The notes: generated by a model from the letters alone, not told the origin. DNA of 64,000 nt from Dictyostelium discoideum (GCA_000004695.1 CM000154.2:2816001-2880000); one strand, 5' to 3'; shown: positions 50,949 through 62,280, counted from the first letter of the stretch. Made by a program: numbers and translations.

Positions 50949-51645
50949 TATCATTATCATTATTATTATTATAATTATTATTATTATTTAAAGTATTTGA
51001 GTTTGAGTTTGAGTTTGAGTTTGAGGTTGGTTTTTGAGTTTGAGTTTGAGGTTGAGATTGCGTTTGTGTGATTTTTATAACATCTGGAACCTGTTTTAAA
51101 ATGCCAGTAGCCAATGAAGTTTCTTTTAATAATCTAACCTCTTCAAATAGATTTTTAATGGTCATGATTATATTTCCACCATCGAAAGGAAGAGAAAAAT
51201 TAGGGATTTCAAAATAAATAGATGCACCATCAATGATTTCAATTGGTTTTGAAAATTCACTAAGATTTCTTGTAAATATTTTCTTAATTCCAAATCTTGA
51301 CTGAACACTTTCCAATATTGCTGAACATTTTGAAAAATTTAATCCATAAGCTTTGCAATGCTCTTTTAAATATTTTCTTTGACAAAAAAAATTAAATTCA
51401 ATGACCATTCTTAGAACAAGATATTGATTGTAAAAAATACTTGATTTAATTGATTCATTGGATTGATTTTTTAACATTGCCTTCAAACTATGTAATAATT
51501 TACCTAATAAACCATCTCTTCTACTTTTAGATTTTTTAACAAAATCTTTCATTAAATTTAATTCTATTTCATTGCCTTTAAATTGATTTTTAAAACTATC
51601 TATTACTTGAATTTGATCATTAATATCGATTTCTTTGAAAACCAA
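46639..51645 (-). CDS. Fusion protein, copy 1: Cid1/Gld2-family nucleotidyltransferase (Pol-beta NTase + PAP-associated domain) joined to a UPF1/Mov10-like SF1 RNA helicase, 1668 aa, single exon
   Basis: NTase motif LYGSFLTGLSLEGSDLDVNF (hG[GS]...DxD) at ~50465-50530, with a third acidic residue in KYHFDMSCN. PAP-associated domain is ...FSSFCLVNMVIHFLQ. A T/P-rich linker, a coiled coil and a beta-barrel-like segment (ELIIHGNRNKLEEISVGDILLFKVIGLDG) follow. SF1 motifs: I GPPGTGKTTTI (~48010), II VLIDESTQSSEP, III LILVGDPVQLPPT, IV FLNTQYRMHP, V STIDGVQGSEKDIIIMSCVRS, VI GFLSDRRRINVALTRAK. Acidic tail ...DDDEMDNNDDDEMGNNNQKK. A (GAT)n stretch encodes poly-D. Confidence 0.85.
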
Positions 51646-52145
51646 TTCAAAAATATTATTCCTTTGCGCTTTTTTGATTATTAAAAAAAAAAAAGAAAAA
51701 AAAAAAAAAAAAAAATTAATATAAATAAATATATAAATAAATAAATAAATAAATAAGTAAATAATAAAAAAATAAATAAATGATAAATAATAATTAAATA
51801 AATTATCTAAAAATTAATATTAAAAAAATATTTACACATCTTGGTTTATTTATTTATTTATTCAATAAATAAAAAAAAAAGTTGAAAATTAAATGTAAAA
51901 AATGATTTAAATATTTTTTTATAGGGAGAAGTTTAAAAAAAAAAAACGATTTAAATTTTTTTTTTATAGGTTTTGTTTTTTTTTTTTTGAATCAAGGGAA
52001 AATTTTAAAAAAAAAAAAAAAAAAAAAATTTTAAAAATCGTAAAATTCATCAATTATTAAAAAATCTGAGACATGAAAATTATAATGGACATAATTAAAA
52101 AATAATTTATTATTATTTTATTTATTTGGTTTATTTTGTTTTATT

Positions 52146-52202
52146 TTAGAACCTTCAAAAGTTCCAACTTGCAGTAGCGATAATGAAATTAAACTGTGGG
52201 AT
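52146..52202 (+). pseudogene. Relic of the PRP17/CDC40 3' terminus (last ~18 codons + stop) carried along by the tandem duplication
   Basis: 52146..52202 gaaccttcaaaagttccaacttgcagtagcgataatgaaattaaactgtgggattaa would encode EPSKVPTCSSDNEIKLWD*. The true PRP17 end at 46413..46469 encodes EPSKVATCSWNNEIKLWD*. The downstream 3'-flank taaaaataattataata...agatagaaattattttatttatttt is also conserved. Upstream sequence is unrelated to PRP17. Confidence 0.65.
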
Positions 52203-52324
52203 TAAAAATAATTATAATAAAAAAAAAAAAAAACAAGATAGAAATTATTTTATTTATTTTATTTTATTTATTTTATTTTTATTTTTATTTATTTTTTTTA
52301 TTTTATTTATTTTATTTATTATTA

Positions 52325-55300
52325 TTATTTTTTATTATCATGATTTTTATTTTCTTTGTCGTTGTTGCCCATTTCATCATCGTCATTGTTATCCATTTCA
52401 TCATCATTGTTATCCATTTCTTCATCATCATAAAAGTCATCCTCCTCATCATTTCCACCCTTGGGTACAACAAAAAATTCATCTTCACTTTGTTCATCAC
52501 TATCATCATTATTGTCATCATGATTATTATTATTATTATTATTATTTGTTATTTCTCCACCATTATTTTCATTCTTTATCTCTAATTGATTTTCATTTTC
52601 TTTTTTATTTTCATTTTCATTTTCATTTTTATTTTCATTTTTATTTTCGTTTTCGTTTTCATTTTCATTTTCATTTTTATTTTTATTTTCATTTTCATTT
52701 TTATTTTCATTTTCATTTTCATTTTCACTTTTATTATCAATAGTATTATTATTATGATTATCTTTGTTGTCTTGGTTAGAGTTTTGAATTGATTGAATTG
52801 AATTATTATTTATTTGATTTGATTTATATATCTGATCAAAATCAATTGTTGAGTATTTTAAAAAATTTCCCCAAGTATTATCTTTTTCTAAGACCCAAGA
52901 GGTACCAATAACGTATAAACCTAACTTGGCTCTTGTTAGTGCTACATTGATACGTCTACGATCTGAGAGGAAACCAATTCCATATTTTTCGGTACATCTT
53001 ACACATGACATGATAATGATATCTTTTTCTGAACCTTGAACACCATCAATTGTTGAAACTGAAATATTTAAATAACGATGTTCAGATCTGTTTAATTGTT
53101 CTTTGATTTGAATCATTTGTAATTTATAGGGAGTAATTATACCAAATGATAGCTTTTTACATTCTGGATATTTTTCAATTAGTTCCTTTATTAAAGTAAA
53201 TACCTTATCAATTTCATCTTGATTCATTATGGATTTTTTAATAACTATTTGATCTGATTTTGGTAAATTAAAAAATTTCATTGGCCCGAATGAAGGATCG
53301 AAATGGAATTTACAATTGTTAAAGGAGTCTATCGAAACATTTTCACCATCTTTTAAAGTTCCGTTATAGAATTCTTCAGATATGAATTTTGATATCACTG
53401 GATGCATACGATATTGTGTATTTAAAAATTGGACATCGATCGATTTGGCTAATCTTTCAAATAATGATATTTTTAAACCACAGTCAGCACCATCTTTTGA
53501 AAAAATAGTTGGTGCTAATTGAACTGGGTCACCAACTAAAATTAACTTTTTAATAGAACCTAATGATAGTGGAATAATTGAGGTTGGTTCTGAAGATTGT
53601 GTAGATTCATCAATCAAAACAATATCTGGAGAAAAGTTTTCAAAAATAGCCTTTGAACCACTTCCAGCTAAAGTTGAGAAAACAATAGAGGTTGACTTGA
53701 TGAGGTTAATTCTTCTTGATGAATTTTTATTTTTAAGAGAAATTTTTTGACATTCTGGTGATATTTTTTCTTTTCTGCCAGTTCTAACCATGTTCGGTTT
53801 AAAATTTTGACCATCACTATTTAATAGATTTTTTAAACATCTTTTTGCAACTTCATCTACTGATGCATGTGAAGGACCACATACCAAAATTTTGAACTTT
53901 TTGTCAATAGCTAATAAAACTGAAAGTAAATAATTGATGGTTGTGGTTTTACCTGTACCTGGTGGACCTTGAATCAATGTTATACCACTCTCAACTAAAG
54001 ATGATTTAATAGCATTAAGTTGTGATTCATTTAATTTTTCTTTACAAATTGTTTCCAAGGTTGGTGGGAATTTCATCATTTTTTGGTTCGAATTATTATT
54101 ATTATTATTATTATGTCCTGGATTATAAATAAGATTTTTAATAAATGGTGATGCCTTAAATTCTTGAATGGTTCTAATGAATGTTACACTATTTGAAATT
54201 TTAATATAATCAATTGATGATCTAGTGCTTGGATTTAATGATAAAGTAAAAACATATGTTGGATTTGAATCAAACAAATCACAAACTATTGATTGTTGAT
54301 GTAGGCTACCTTGCATTAAATTTGAAGTTTTTCTTACTATTCCAAATATAAACTTTGTGCCATCTAAGCCTATTACTTTGAATAGTAATATATCACCTAC
54401 TGAAATTTCTTCCAATTTATTTCTATTACCATGAATGATAAGCTCAACAGTTTCAAATTCAGTTTGACGACTTCTTTGGACAACCTCAATTGATTCATTC
54501 ATTTTAATTTTATCGAAACCTTCTAAAGTACCATCTTTTTTACTTAGAATGATCCCATTGAGTGCATTAATTCCATTTTCAACTTGAGCTCTAAAGTCAT
54601 CGAAAATTAATGGTCTCATTAAGTTTTGATATTGTTTATCTCCTGTAAAATTATCTGATAATTCATCAATACCAGTTGCTCTTAGCAATGGTATTTTCGA
54701 AGGTTGACAACTTAAAATTAGATTTAATGTTTCTTCTGGACTTATTGACATTACATCAACATAATCGTATATGTAATTAGCCTTATTATTATTATTATTA
54801 TTATTATTATTTTTTGATTTTTGTATCACGAATACAGAACCTGTTTCCATTTGAAATAATTGATGAATTTCATTAAATAATAATTCTATAACAGTTTCTA
54901 ATCTTTCAGATTCATTCAATTGAAAAGTTGGAATCTTTATTATTGAAGAGATCTTTGATCGAAAATCTTTAATCATTGTAATTTTATCCTCTTTTATACT
55001 CTTTGGATCGAATTTAATTTTGCTTTTTGCTAATTCACTATTTAAATCATTGAAATTAGTTCTATTATCTTTTGTTAAATTCCTTAACTCTATATACTGG
55101 TAGTGATGATTAAACTCTATTAAAGCCATTAATGTTAATGTTTTTTGAAATATCAAATTGACAGAACTTTTACAACTTGTATTTTCAGAGGGAATCAATT
55201 GTTTTAGAGTTTTATTACAATTACTAATCTGTTGACTAAATGAGTCTTTTTCTTCTTCAATGATTTTTTTTAATTTGTTTAATTGATTTCGGATATTGTT

Positions 55301-56846
55301 TTCATTTTTTAATAAATTTTCCAATTCACTGAGAATAAAAACAACATTCTGTGGATTTTGAAATATTTTCATTAATAAACTATTTTCTAAACCTTTTTCA
55401 ACATTTATTGTAGCTGGTTTTGAAGTTTTAGTTGTTAGTGGAGTTGGTTTTGAGGTTGAATTTGTAGTTGTTGTTGTAGTTGGTGGAGCTGGTTTTGAAG
55501 TTGAATTTGTAGTTGAAGTTGGAGTTGGTGCAACTGTTTTTGTAATATTGGTATTTGTAGTTGTATTTGTAATCGGTAACAATGAAACTAGTGTTGGAAG
55601 TGATATATCTTTGAATAATTCATTAATATCTTTAAACTTTTTTAATCTTATTGAGTTTTCCATATGAATAAATTCAATAATAATTCTAAAGAAAGAATTT
55701 TGGATTGAAGAAGCAATATTTCTATCTGTTATAAATGGATCCAATACGATCATAGTACTTTTTAGCAAAGCTTCATTAACAAGGGATGATCTTTTAAGTA
55801 GTGGGCCATTTTTACATAATGAACCGCCGCCACTTGAATGACTGATTGAAATAATATTCTCTTTGTAGTTGAAAATTGAATAGTAGTTAAAGAATAGGTA
55901 GAAAAGTTGATCAATTTTTAATTTATTTTTACTTGAATCAAACTTATCAAAACTTTTAAATTCATAAAATTCAAAAGAATCAATTCGTTTTAAAATTGGA
56001 TTTGTTGAATAGCTATTTAATAGTTGAGGTGATTTAGTGTGTAAATTTGGTAAAATTGGTGTACTAATCGATTGAAGGAAGTGAATTACCATATTAACCA
56101 AACAGTAAGAACTAAATGTATGTTTTGATGCATCATTCAAATTTTTACAGCTTGTTCACCATTTAACCAATAATGATAGAATGATACATCTATTATCTAT
56201 GGAACAATATTCTTTCAATAATAATGAATTAAAATAAGCCTTTGATGAATTGAAACTCATATCGAAATGATACTTTGATGATTTCTCTACAAACCTAATT
56301 ATTGGTACAGTTGCACTTAATCTCTTTTCAATGATTGTGTATAACTTTGTTGACTCTAAATATTTGGAAACCACCTCTAAATGAGTTACTTGATTTTCAT
56401 TTTGATTGATTTTGAAATTAACATCTAAATCACTACCCTCTAATGATAATCCAGTTAAAAATGAACCATAGAGTTGAATAGATGAATCCTTAAATTTATT
56501 TGATAAAAACATTTCCAATCTATTAAAACTATTTTCCTTTTTACTAACTCTTTTGCATTTAATTTTGTTGTATATGATTTCAAGATCATGGTTTACAATT
56601 TTTTGATGTTTTGGAATTTGATTATTTGAATTAGGATCTGGTATAAAATTCCTTGAATAATATGCCATATTTAATATATTATGTTTAAAATCATTACTAT
56701 AATATCCTTCTTCAGTTGGCTTTTCTTTTTTAAAAACCTCTAATAGTTTTATTGGGTAATCATCACCAATATTTTTTCTACTTTCGTTTCTATTTTCATT
56801 AAATTCTTTGTAAATGTTGTTGAAAATTGTAATTTCATCATTATTT

Positions 56847-56899
<53 letters not shown>

Positions 56900-57526
56900 G
56901 TTGTTGTTATTATTGGTTAAAGTGTTTGGTGATTTTGATTGCGTTTGTGTGATTTTTGTAACCTTTGGTACCATTTCTAAAACACCAGTACCCAATGAGG
57001 TTTTTTTTAATATTGTAACCTCTTCACGTAGATTTTTAATGGACATGATAATATTTCCACCTTCGAAAGGAAGAGAAAAATTAGGGATTTCTAAATGAAT
57101 AGCACCATCAATGATTTCAATTGGTTTTGAAAATTCACTTGGATCTCTTGTCAATAGTCTCTTTGTTCCACCTAATCTTGAATGAATATTATCCAATTTT
57201 GGTGAATATTTTGAAATATTTAAACCATTGGTTTCACAATACTCTTTGAAATAAATTCTTTGATAATAAAAATTAAATTCGATGATCATTCTAAAAACAA
57301 GATATTGATTGTAAAGAATACTTGATTTAATTGATTTAAAGGATTGTTTTTTAAACATGGTCTTCAAATGACTTGATATTCCACCTCCTAAACTATTTCT
57401 TCTACTTTTAGATTTTTTTATAAAATCTTTCATTAAATTTAATTTTATTTCATTGCCTTTAAATTGATTTTTAAAACTATCTATTACTTGAATTTGATCA
57501 TTAATATCGATTTCTTTGAAAACCAA
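52325..57526 (-). pseudogene. NTase-helicase fusion gene, copy 2: colinear paralog of 46639..51645, interrupted by one in-frame TGA between the NTase/PAP module and the helicase module (pseudogene, or split into two ORFs)
   Basis: ORF 56156..57526 (456 aa: N-terminus, NTase motif LYGSFLTGLSLEGSDLDVNF, start of PAP domain) ends ...LLVKW* at TGA 56156..56158, where copy 1 has TGG (WWAS). The frame continues open as ORF 52325..56140 (...TSCKNLNDASKHTFSSYCLVNMVIHFLQ..., all SF1 motifs I-VI intact; the next true ATG is the M of VNMVIH). Copy-specific changes: a poly-N tract ((AAT)n) where copy 1 has poly-D, and a C-terminal (ENENKN)n expansion from (TTTTCA)n. Nucleotide identity to copy 1 is ~93% in the helicase core (one 200-nt stretch compared by eye) and lower elsewhere. 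Confidence 0.75.
52566..52735. repeat. (TTTTCA/TTTTCG/TTTTTA)n hexamer microsatellite inside the copy-2 helicase gene (encodes (ENENKN)n on the minus strand)
   Basis: ttttcattttcattttcatttttattttcatttttattttcgttttcgttttcattttcattttcatttttattt.... In frame within ORF 52325..56140; absent from copy 1. Confidence 0.8.
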
Positions 57527-58222
57527 TTCAAAAATATTATTTCTTTGCGCTTTTTCGATTATTAAAAAAAAAAAAAAAATTAGTTGACATATTTAAAAAA
57601 ATAAATCAAAAAATAAATAAATAATAAATAATAAATAATTAATATTTTAAAAATATTTACCCATCTTAATTTATTTATTTATTGAAGCTGTGTTCAATAT
57701 AGAATAAATAAATATAAAAAGTTTAAAATTAAATAATTTTTAAATTTATTATTACAGGCTTTGTTTTTTTTTTTTGAATTAAGGGAGAAGCTTTTTTTTT
57801 TTGAAAAGATTAAAAAAAAAAAATAAAAAATAAAAAAAAATAAAAATCTTTTTCAATCGTAAAATTCATCAATTAATATTTTCTATCTGAGATAAGAAAA
57901 TTTTAATAAACAACATAATTAAAAAACAATTATTTTTTAGTATTTAATTTTTTTTGGTTCAATTATTTTATTTTTATTTTATTTTATTTTTTTTATTTTA
58001 TTTGTTTTGTTGTCAATTTTTTTTTTTTTTTTTTTTTTTTTGGTTTTATTTTTCATTTTTTTAATTTTATTTATTTTTAATAAAAATTTATTATACAATA
58101 ATAGAGCACCCCAGAAACACAAAATGATTTAAAATATAAAAAAATTTAATTTTTTACATATCTCACACCTTCATTTCTGAATATAGTTTAGATTATTATT
58201 ATTATTATTGTTATTATCATTA

Positions 58223-58277
<55 letters not shown>

Positions 58278-58318
58278 TTTTGTGATTAAAAATTTTTTTT
58301 TTTTTAAAAATTTTTTGA

Positions 58319-58475
58319 CACTTAGATTTTACAGTTAGTTAAACTTAAAAACTTGAAAATTTTCAAGTTCTCTGTTACTTCATATTAATAAAAATTGCAT
58401 ATTATTTTCCACATGTGTCACTTAATAATAATTTCTGTTTATAAAAATTACCTATTATTTTAAATATATTAGTAA
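58319..58475 (+). promoter_or_regulatory. Conserved upstream module of actin paralog 1 (about -275 to -120 from the ATG)
   Basis: cacttagattttacagttagttaaacttaaaaacttgaaaattttcaagttctctgttacttcatattaat...ccacatgtgtcac...tttctgtttataaaaattacctattattttaaatatat. The same blocks appear upstream of paralogs 2 and 3. Confidence 0.5.
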
Positions 58476-58593
58476 AAAAAAAAAAAAAACTAGTTTAATA
58501 AACCTAATGTAATTTTAAAATAATTAAAAAAAAAAAAAAAAAATAACCAATAATAAGTTGTAAATATTCAAATAATAATCAAAATAATAAAAA

Positions 58594-59725
58594 ATGGAAT
58601 GTGAAGATGTTCGACCTATAGTTATTGATAATGGTTCTGGTATGTATAAAGCTGGTTTTGCTAGTGATGATGCTCCACGTACAATTTTTCCATCAATTGT
58701 TGGTCATCCAAAGTGCAATGGTTTTATGGTTGACATAGATCAAAAAGATTCATATGTTGGTGATGAAGCTCAATCAAAAAGGGGTATTCTAAATGTTAAA
58801 TATCCAATTGAACGTGGTATTATTACCAATTGGGATGATATGGAAAAAATCTGGTATCATACTTTTTATAATGAACTTGGTGTTTCCTATGGAACATCCA
58901 GTTCTCTTAACTGAACCACCACTAAATCCAAATAAAAATAGAGAGAAAATGACTCAAATCATGTTTGAAACTTTCAATACTCCTGAATTGTATGTTGCAA
59001 TTCAAGCTGTATTATCATTATATGCTTCTGATCGTACAACTGGTATCGTTTTGGATTCAGGTGATGGTGTTTCCCATACCGTACCGGTTTATGGTAGTTA
59101 TGCATTACCTCATGCAATTAGACGTTTACATTTAGCTGGTGGTGATCTTACTGATTACATGTGTAGAATGTTAAACTTTGAACGTTGTTACTCATTCACA
59201 ACAACTACTGAAAGAGAAGTAGTTAGAGGTATTAAAGAGAAATTAGCATATGTTGCATTGGATTTTGGAGCTGAAATGCAAACTGCAGCCTCATCATCTG
59301 CATTAGAGAAATCATATGAATTACCAGATGGCCAAGTTATTACAATCGGTAATGAACGTTTCCGTTGTCCAGAAGCACTTTTCCAACCGTCATTATTGGC
59401 TATGGACTATGATGGTATTCATGAAACAATCTATAATTCAATCATGAAATGTGATGTTGGTATTCATAAAGATTTATTTGGTAGTGTTGTATTATCAGGT
59501 GGTTCAACTATGTTCCCTGGTATTGCAGATCGTATGAATAAAGAATTAACTGCACTTGCACCATCAACAATGAAAATTAAAATTATTGCACCACCAGAAC
59601 GTAAATACTCTGTATGGATTGGTGGTTCAATTTTAGCTTCAGTTTCAACTTTCCAACAAATTTGTATTTCAAAAGAAGAATATGACGAATCTGGTCCATC
59701 AATTGTTCACAGAAAATGTTTCTAA
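58594..59725 (+). pseudogene. Divergent actin paralog with a 2-bp deletion frameshift (actin pseudogene, or a sequencing error)
   Basis: ORF 58594..58914 ([40 protein letters not shown]...[19 protein letters not shown]) switches frame to ORF 58793..59725 (...[39 protein letters not shown]...IVHRKCF*). Paralog 2 has cgtgttgctccagaggaacatcc (RVAPEEHP) where this copy has ggtgtttcctatggaacatcc, two nucleotides shorter (~58878-58900). It is otherwise full length. Confidence 0.7.
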
Positions 59726-59807
59726 TTTTTTAAAAGAAAAAAAATATATTTTTAAATCGAATCTAAAATTAGTTTTGGTCTGTGAAGTTGGCAAAAGAAA
59801 ATTAGCG

Positions 59808-59845
<38 letters not shown>

Positions 59846-60087
59846 AATAACATATTGATGGAATATATCTTCTTTCATTAATTTTATAATCAAATTAAAT
59901 TTATTTCTCTTTTTTTAAATTATTACTTTATTTTTAAATTTCTACTTTTTTTTTTTTTTTTTTTATTTTAAAATCTTGGTGGCAATTAAAAAAAATAAAA
60001 TAAAACAAAAATAATAAATAATAATAAAATTTAAAAACTAAATAAAAATTAATTTGCATTATCCAATATTATTTATTTATTTGTTTA

Positions 60088-60138
<51 letters not shown>

Positions 60139-60150
60139 GATACTATTTTT

Positions 60151-60270
60151 GATTTGATTTTGTTAATTAAATTCAATTTGATTTGGTTTGATTTGATTTG
60201 ATTTGATTTGGTTGGGTTCGATTTGATTTGATTTAATTTGATTTGATTCGATTTGATTTGATTTGATTTA
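60151..60270. repeat. (GATTT)n microsatellite (~22 units, a few variant units) between actin paralogs 1 and 2
   Basis: gatttgattttg...atttggtttgatttgatttgatttgatttggttgggttcgatttgatttgatttaatttgatttgattcgatttgatttgatttgattta. The track ORF 60069..60344(-) (SNQIKSNQIK...) is simply its translation. Confidence 0.8.
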
Positions 60271-60420
60271 CTTTTTTTTATGCAAAAATTGCGTTTTAAA
60301 TATTTTCTTAATTTTTTAATTTTTTTAAAAAAAAAAAATTTCAAGTTTTTTTTTTTTAAAAATATTATTTTTTTTTTGTATTAAGATAATAAAAAGTAAT
60401 TCAACTCAATTTGACTATGA

Positions 60421-60560
60421 TTCTATGACGCTGACCCCTCAGATTTTTCAGTCAGTTAAAAAAACTTGAAATTTTCAGTTCTCTGTTAATTCATATTAAT
60501 TTCTGTTTATAAAAATTACATATTATTTTAAATATATACTCCACATGTTTATAATTATTA
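60421..60560 (+). promoter_or_regulatory. Conserved upstream module of actin paralog 2, with the GC-rich motif GCTGACCCCTCAGATTTTTCAGT
   Basis: gacgctgacccctcagatttttcagtcagttaaaaaaacttgaaattttcagttctctgttaattcatattaatttctgtttataaaaattacatattattttaaatatat...ccacatgttt. Block order and spacing are shared with 58319..58475 and 62281..62400. Confidence 0.5.
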
Positions 60561-60727
60561 TTTTTTTTTTTTTTATTGGTAAAAAAAAAAAAAATAAAAA
60601 AATAAAAAAATTAACAGTTTATTTTAATAAACCTTAAATAATTTAAAATCATTAATAAAAAAATAAAAAAACAATACAGAGTTATATATCACAAATAATA
60701 ATCAAATAATAATCAAAATAATATAAA

Positions 60728-61861
60728 ATGGAATGTAAAGAAGACCTAACAATAGTTATTGATAATGGTTCTGGTATGTGTAAAGCTGGTTTTGCTGGTT
60801 ATGATGCTCCACATGCAGTTTTTCCATCAATTGTTGGTCGTCCTAGACATACTGGTGTTATGGTTGGTATGGGTCAAAAGGATTCATATATTGGTGATGA
60901 AGCTCAATCAAAAAGGGATATTCTAAATCTTAAATTTCCAGTTGAGCGTGGTATTATTACCAATTGGAATGATATGGAAGAAATCTGGCATCATACTTTT
61001 TATAATGAACTTCGTGTTGCTCCAGAGGAACATCCAGTTCTCTTAACTGAACCGCCATTAAATTCAAAAGCAAATAGAGAGAAAATGCCTCAAATCATGT
61101 TTGAAACTTTCAATACTCCTGCAATGTATGTTGCAATTCAAGCTGTATTATCATTATATGCATCTGGTCGTGCAACTGGTGTCATTCTGGATTCAGGTGA
61201 TGGTGTTTCTTATACTGTACCAGTTTATGAAGGTAATACATTTCCACTTTCAATTACACGTTTACATTTAGCTGGTGGTGATCTTACTGATTACATGAGT
61301 AGATTATTATACACTGATTGTGGTTACTACTTTTCAACAAAAGCTGAAAAAGAAATAGTTAAAGATATTAAAGAGAAATTAGCATATGTTGCATTGGATT
61401 TTGAAGCTGAAATGCAAACTGCAGCCTCATCGCCTTCATTAGAGAAATCATATAAATTACCAGATGGTCGAATGATCACAATTGGTAATGAACGTTTCCG
61501 TTGTCCAGAAGCACTTTTCCAACCATCATTATTGGCTATGGACTATGATGGTATTCATGAAACAACCTATAATTCAATCATGAAATGTGATGTTGATTTT
61601 CATAAAGATTTATATGGTAATGTTTTATTATCAGGTGGTTCAACTATGTTCCCAGGTATTGCAGATCGTATGAATAAAGAATTAACTGCACTTGCACCAT
61701 CAACAATGAAAATTAAAATTATTGCACCACCAGAACGTAAATACTCTGCATGGATTGGTGGTTCAATTTTAGCCTCACTTTCAAGTTTCCAACCAAGGTG
61801 GATTTCAAAAGAAGAATATGACGAATCTGGTCCATCAATTGTTCACAGAAAATGTTGGTAA
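60728..61861 (+). CDS. Divergent actin-family protein, 377 aa, intact, single exon
   Basis: Colinear with conventional actin over the full length: [63 protein letters not shown]...[16 protein letters not shown]...[48 protein letters not shown]. Many substitutions relative to canonical Dictyostelium actin (MDGEDVQALV...HRKCF). Confidence 0.85.
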   Translation: MECKEDLTIVIDNGSGMCKAGFAGYDAPHAVFPSIVGRPRHTGVMVGMGQKDSYIGDEAQSKRDILNLKFPVERGIITNWNDMEEIWHHTFYNELRVAPEEHPVLLTEPPLNSKANREKMPQIMFETFNTPAMYVAIQAVLSLYASGRATGVILDSGDGVSYTVPVYEGNTFPLSITRLHLAGGDLTDYMSRLLYTDCGYYFSTKAEKEIVKDIKEKLAYVALDFEAEMQTAASSPSLEKSYKLPDGRMITIGNERFRCPEALFQPSLLAMDYDGIHETTYNSIMKCDVDFHKDLYGNVLLSGGSTMFPGIADRMNKELTALAPSTMKIKIIAPPERKYSAWIGGSILASLSSFQPRWISKEEYDESGPSIVHRKCW

Positions 61862-62280
61862 TTTTTTAAAAGAAAAAAAAAAAAATACTATTTTTTTAAT
61901 TAAATAAGAAATATATAAATGGTTGTTTAAAATTATTACCATGAATATTATAAGAATTACTATTTTTAAATATATAAACTGAGATGTAAATTAATAAAAT
62001 AATTTATTTTGCCAGAATGTAATAATTATATCTCACTAATAAAAATATCCATATAAGGAAATATTAAAAAAAAAAAAAAAAAACAGAAAATTTACATTCA
62101 TTTTTTTTATATTTTAAATCATTGATGATTTACACGTGCATTCTGAATATTTTCCTTGTTTTTTATTTTTTTTTTTTTTTTTTAATTATATAAAATTTTG
62201 TTTTTAAGTTTTTTTTTTTTTTTTAAGCAAAATATTTATTTTTCAAATTACAACATTATGACAACCAAAAGTGATTTCTA

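Larger units (their letters stand above)
46412..57960. repeat. Direct tandem duplication of a ~5.7-5.8 kb unit (46412..52145 and 52146..~57960), each unit = PRP17 3' end + 3' flank + NTase-helicase gene + its upstream region
   Basis: The unit boundaries were found by reading both copies. Similarity starts inside the PRP17 coding sequence (46412 / 52146) and extends through the helicase gene to the shared upstream elements, which are the element starting ATCGTAAAATTCATCAATTA at 52038 and its copy-2 counterpart starting at 57856 (the two diverge after about 33 nt). The copies have diverged (many aa substitutions, indels, different low-complexity tracts), so the duplication is not recent. Confidence 0.7.

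Noticed and set aside
60205-60225. ggttgggttcgatttgatt, resembling a tRNA T-arm (GGTTCGA)
   Set aside because: It is embedded in the (GATTT)n microsatellite. No acceptor or anticodon arms, and no A/B-box spacing.
60069-60344. ORF encoding SNQIKSNQIKLNQIK...
   Set aside because: It is the translation of the (GATTT)n microsatellite, not a gene.
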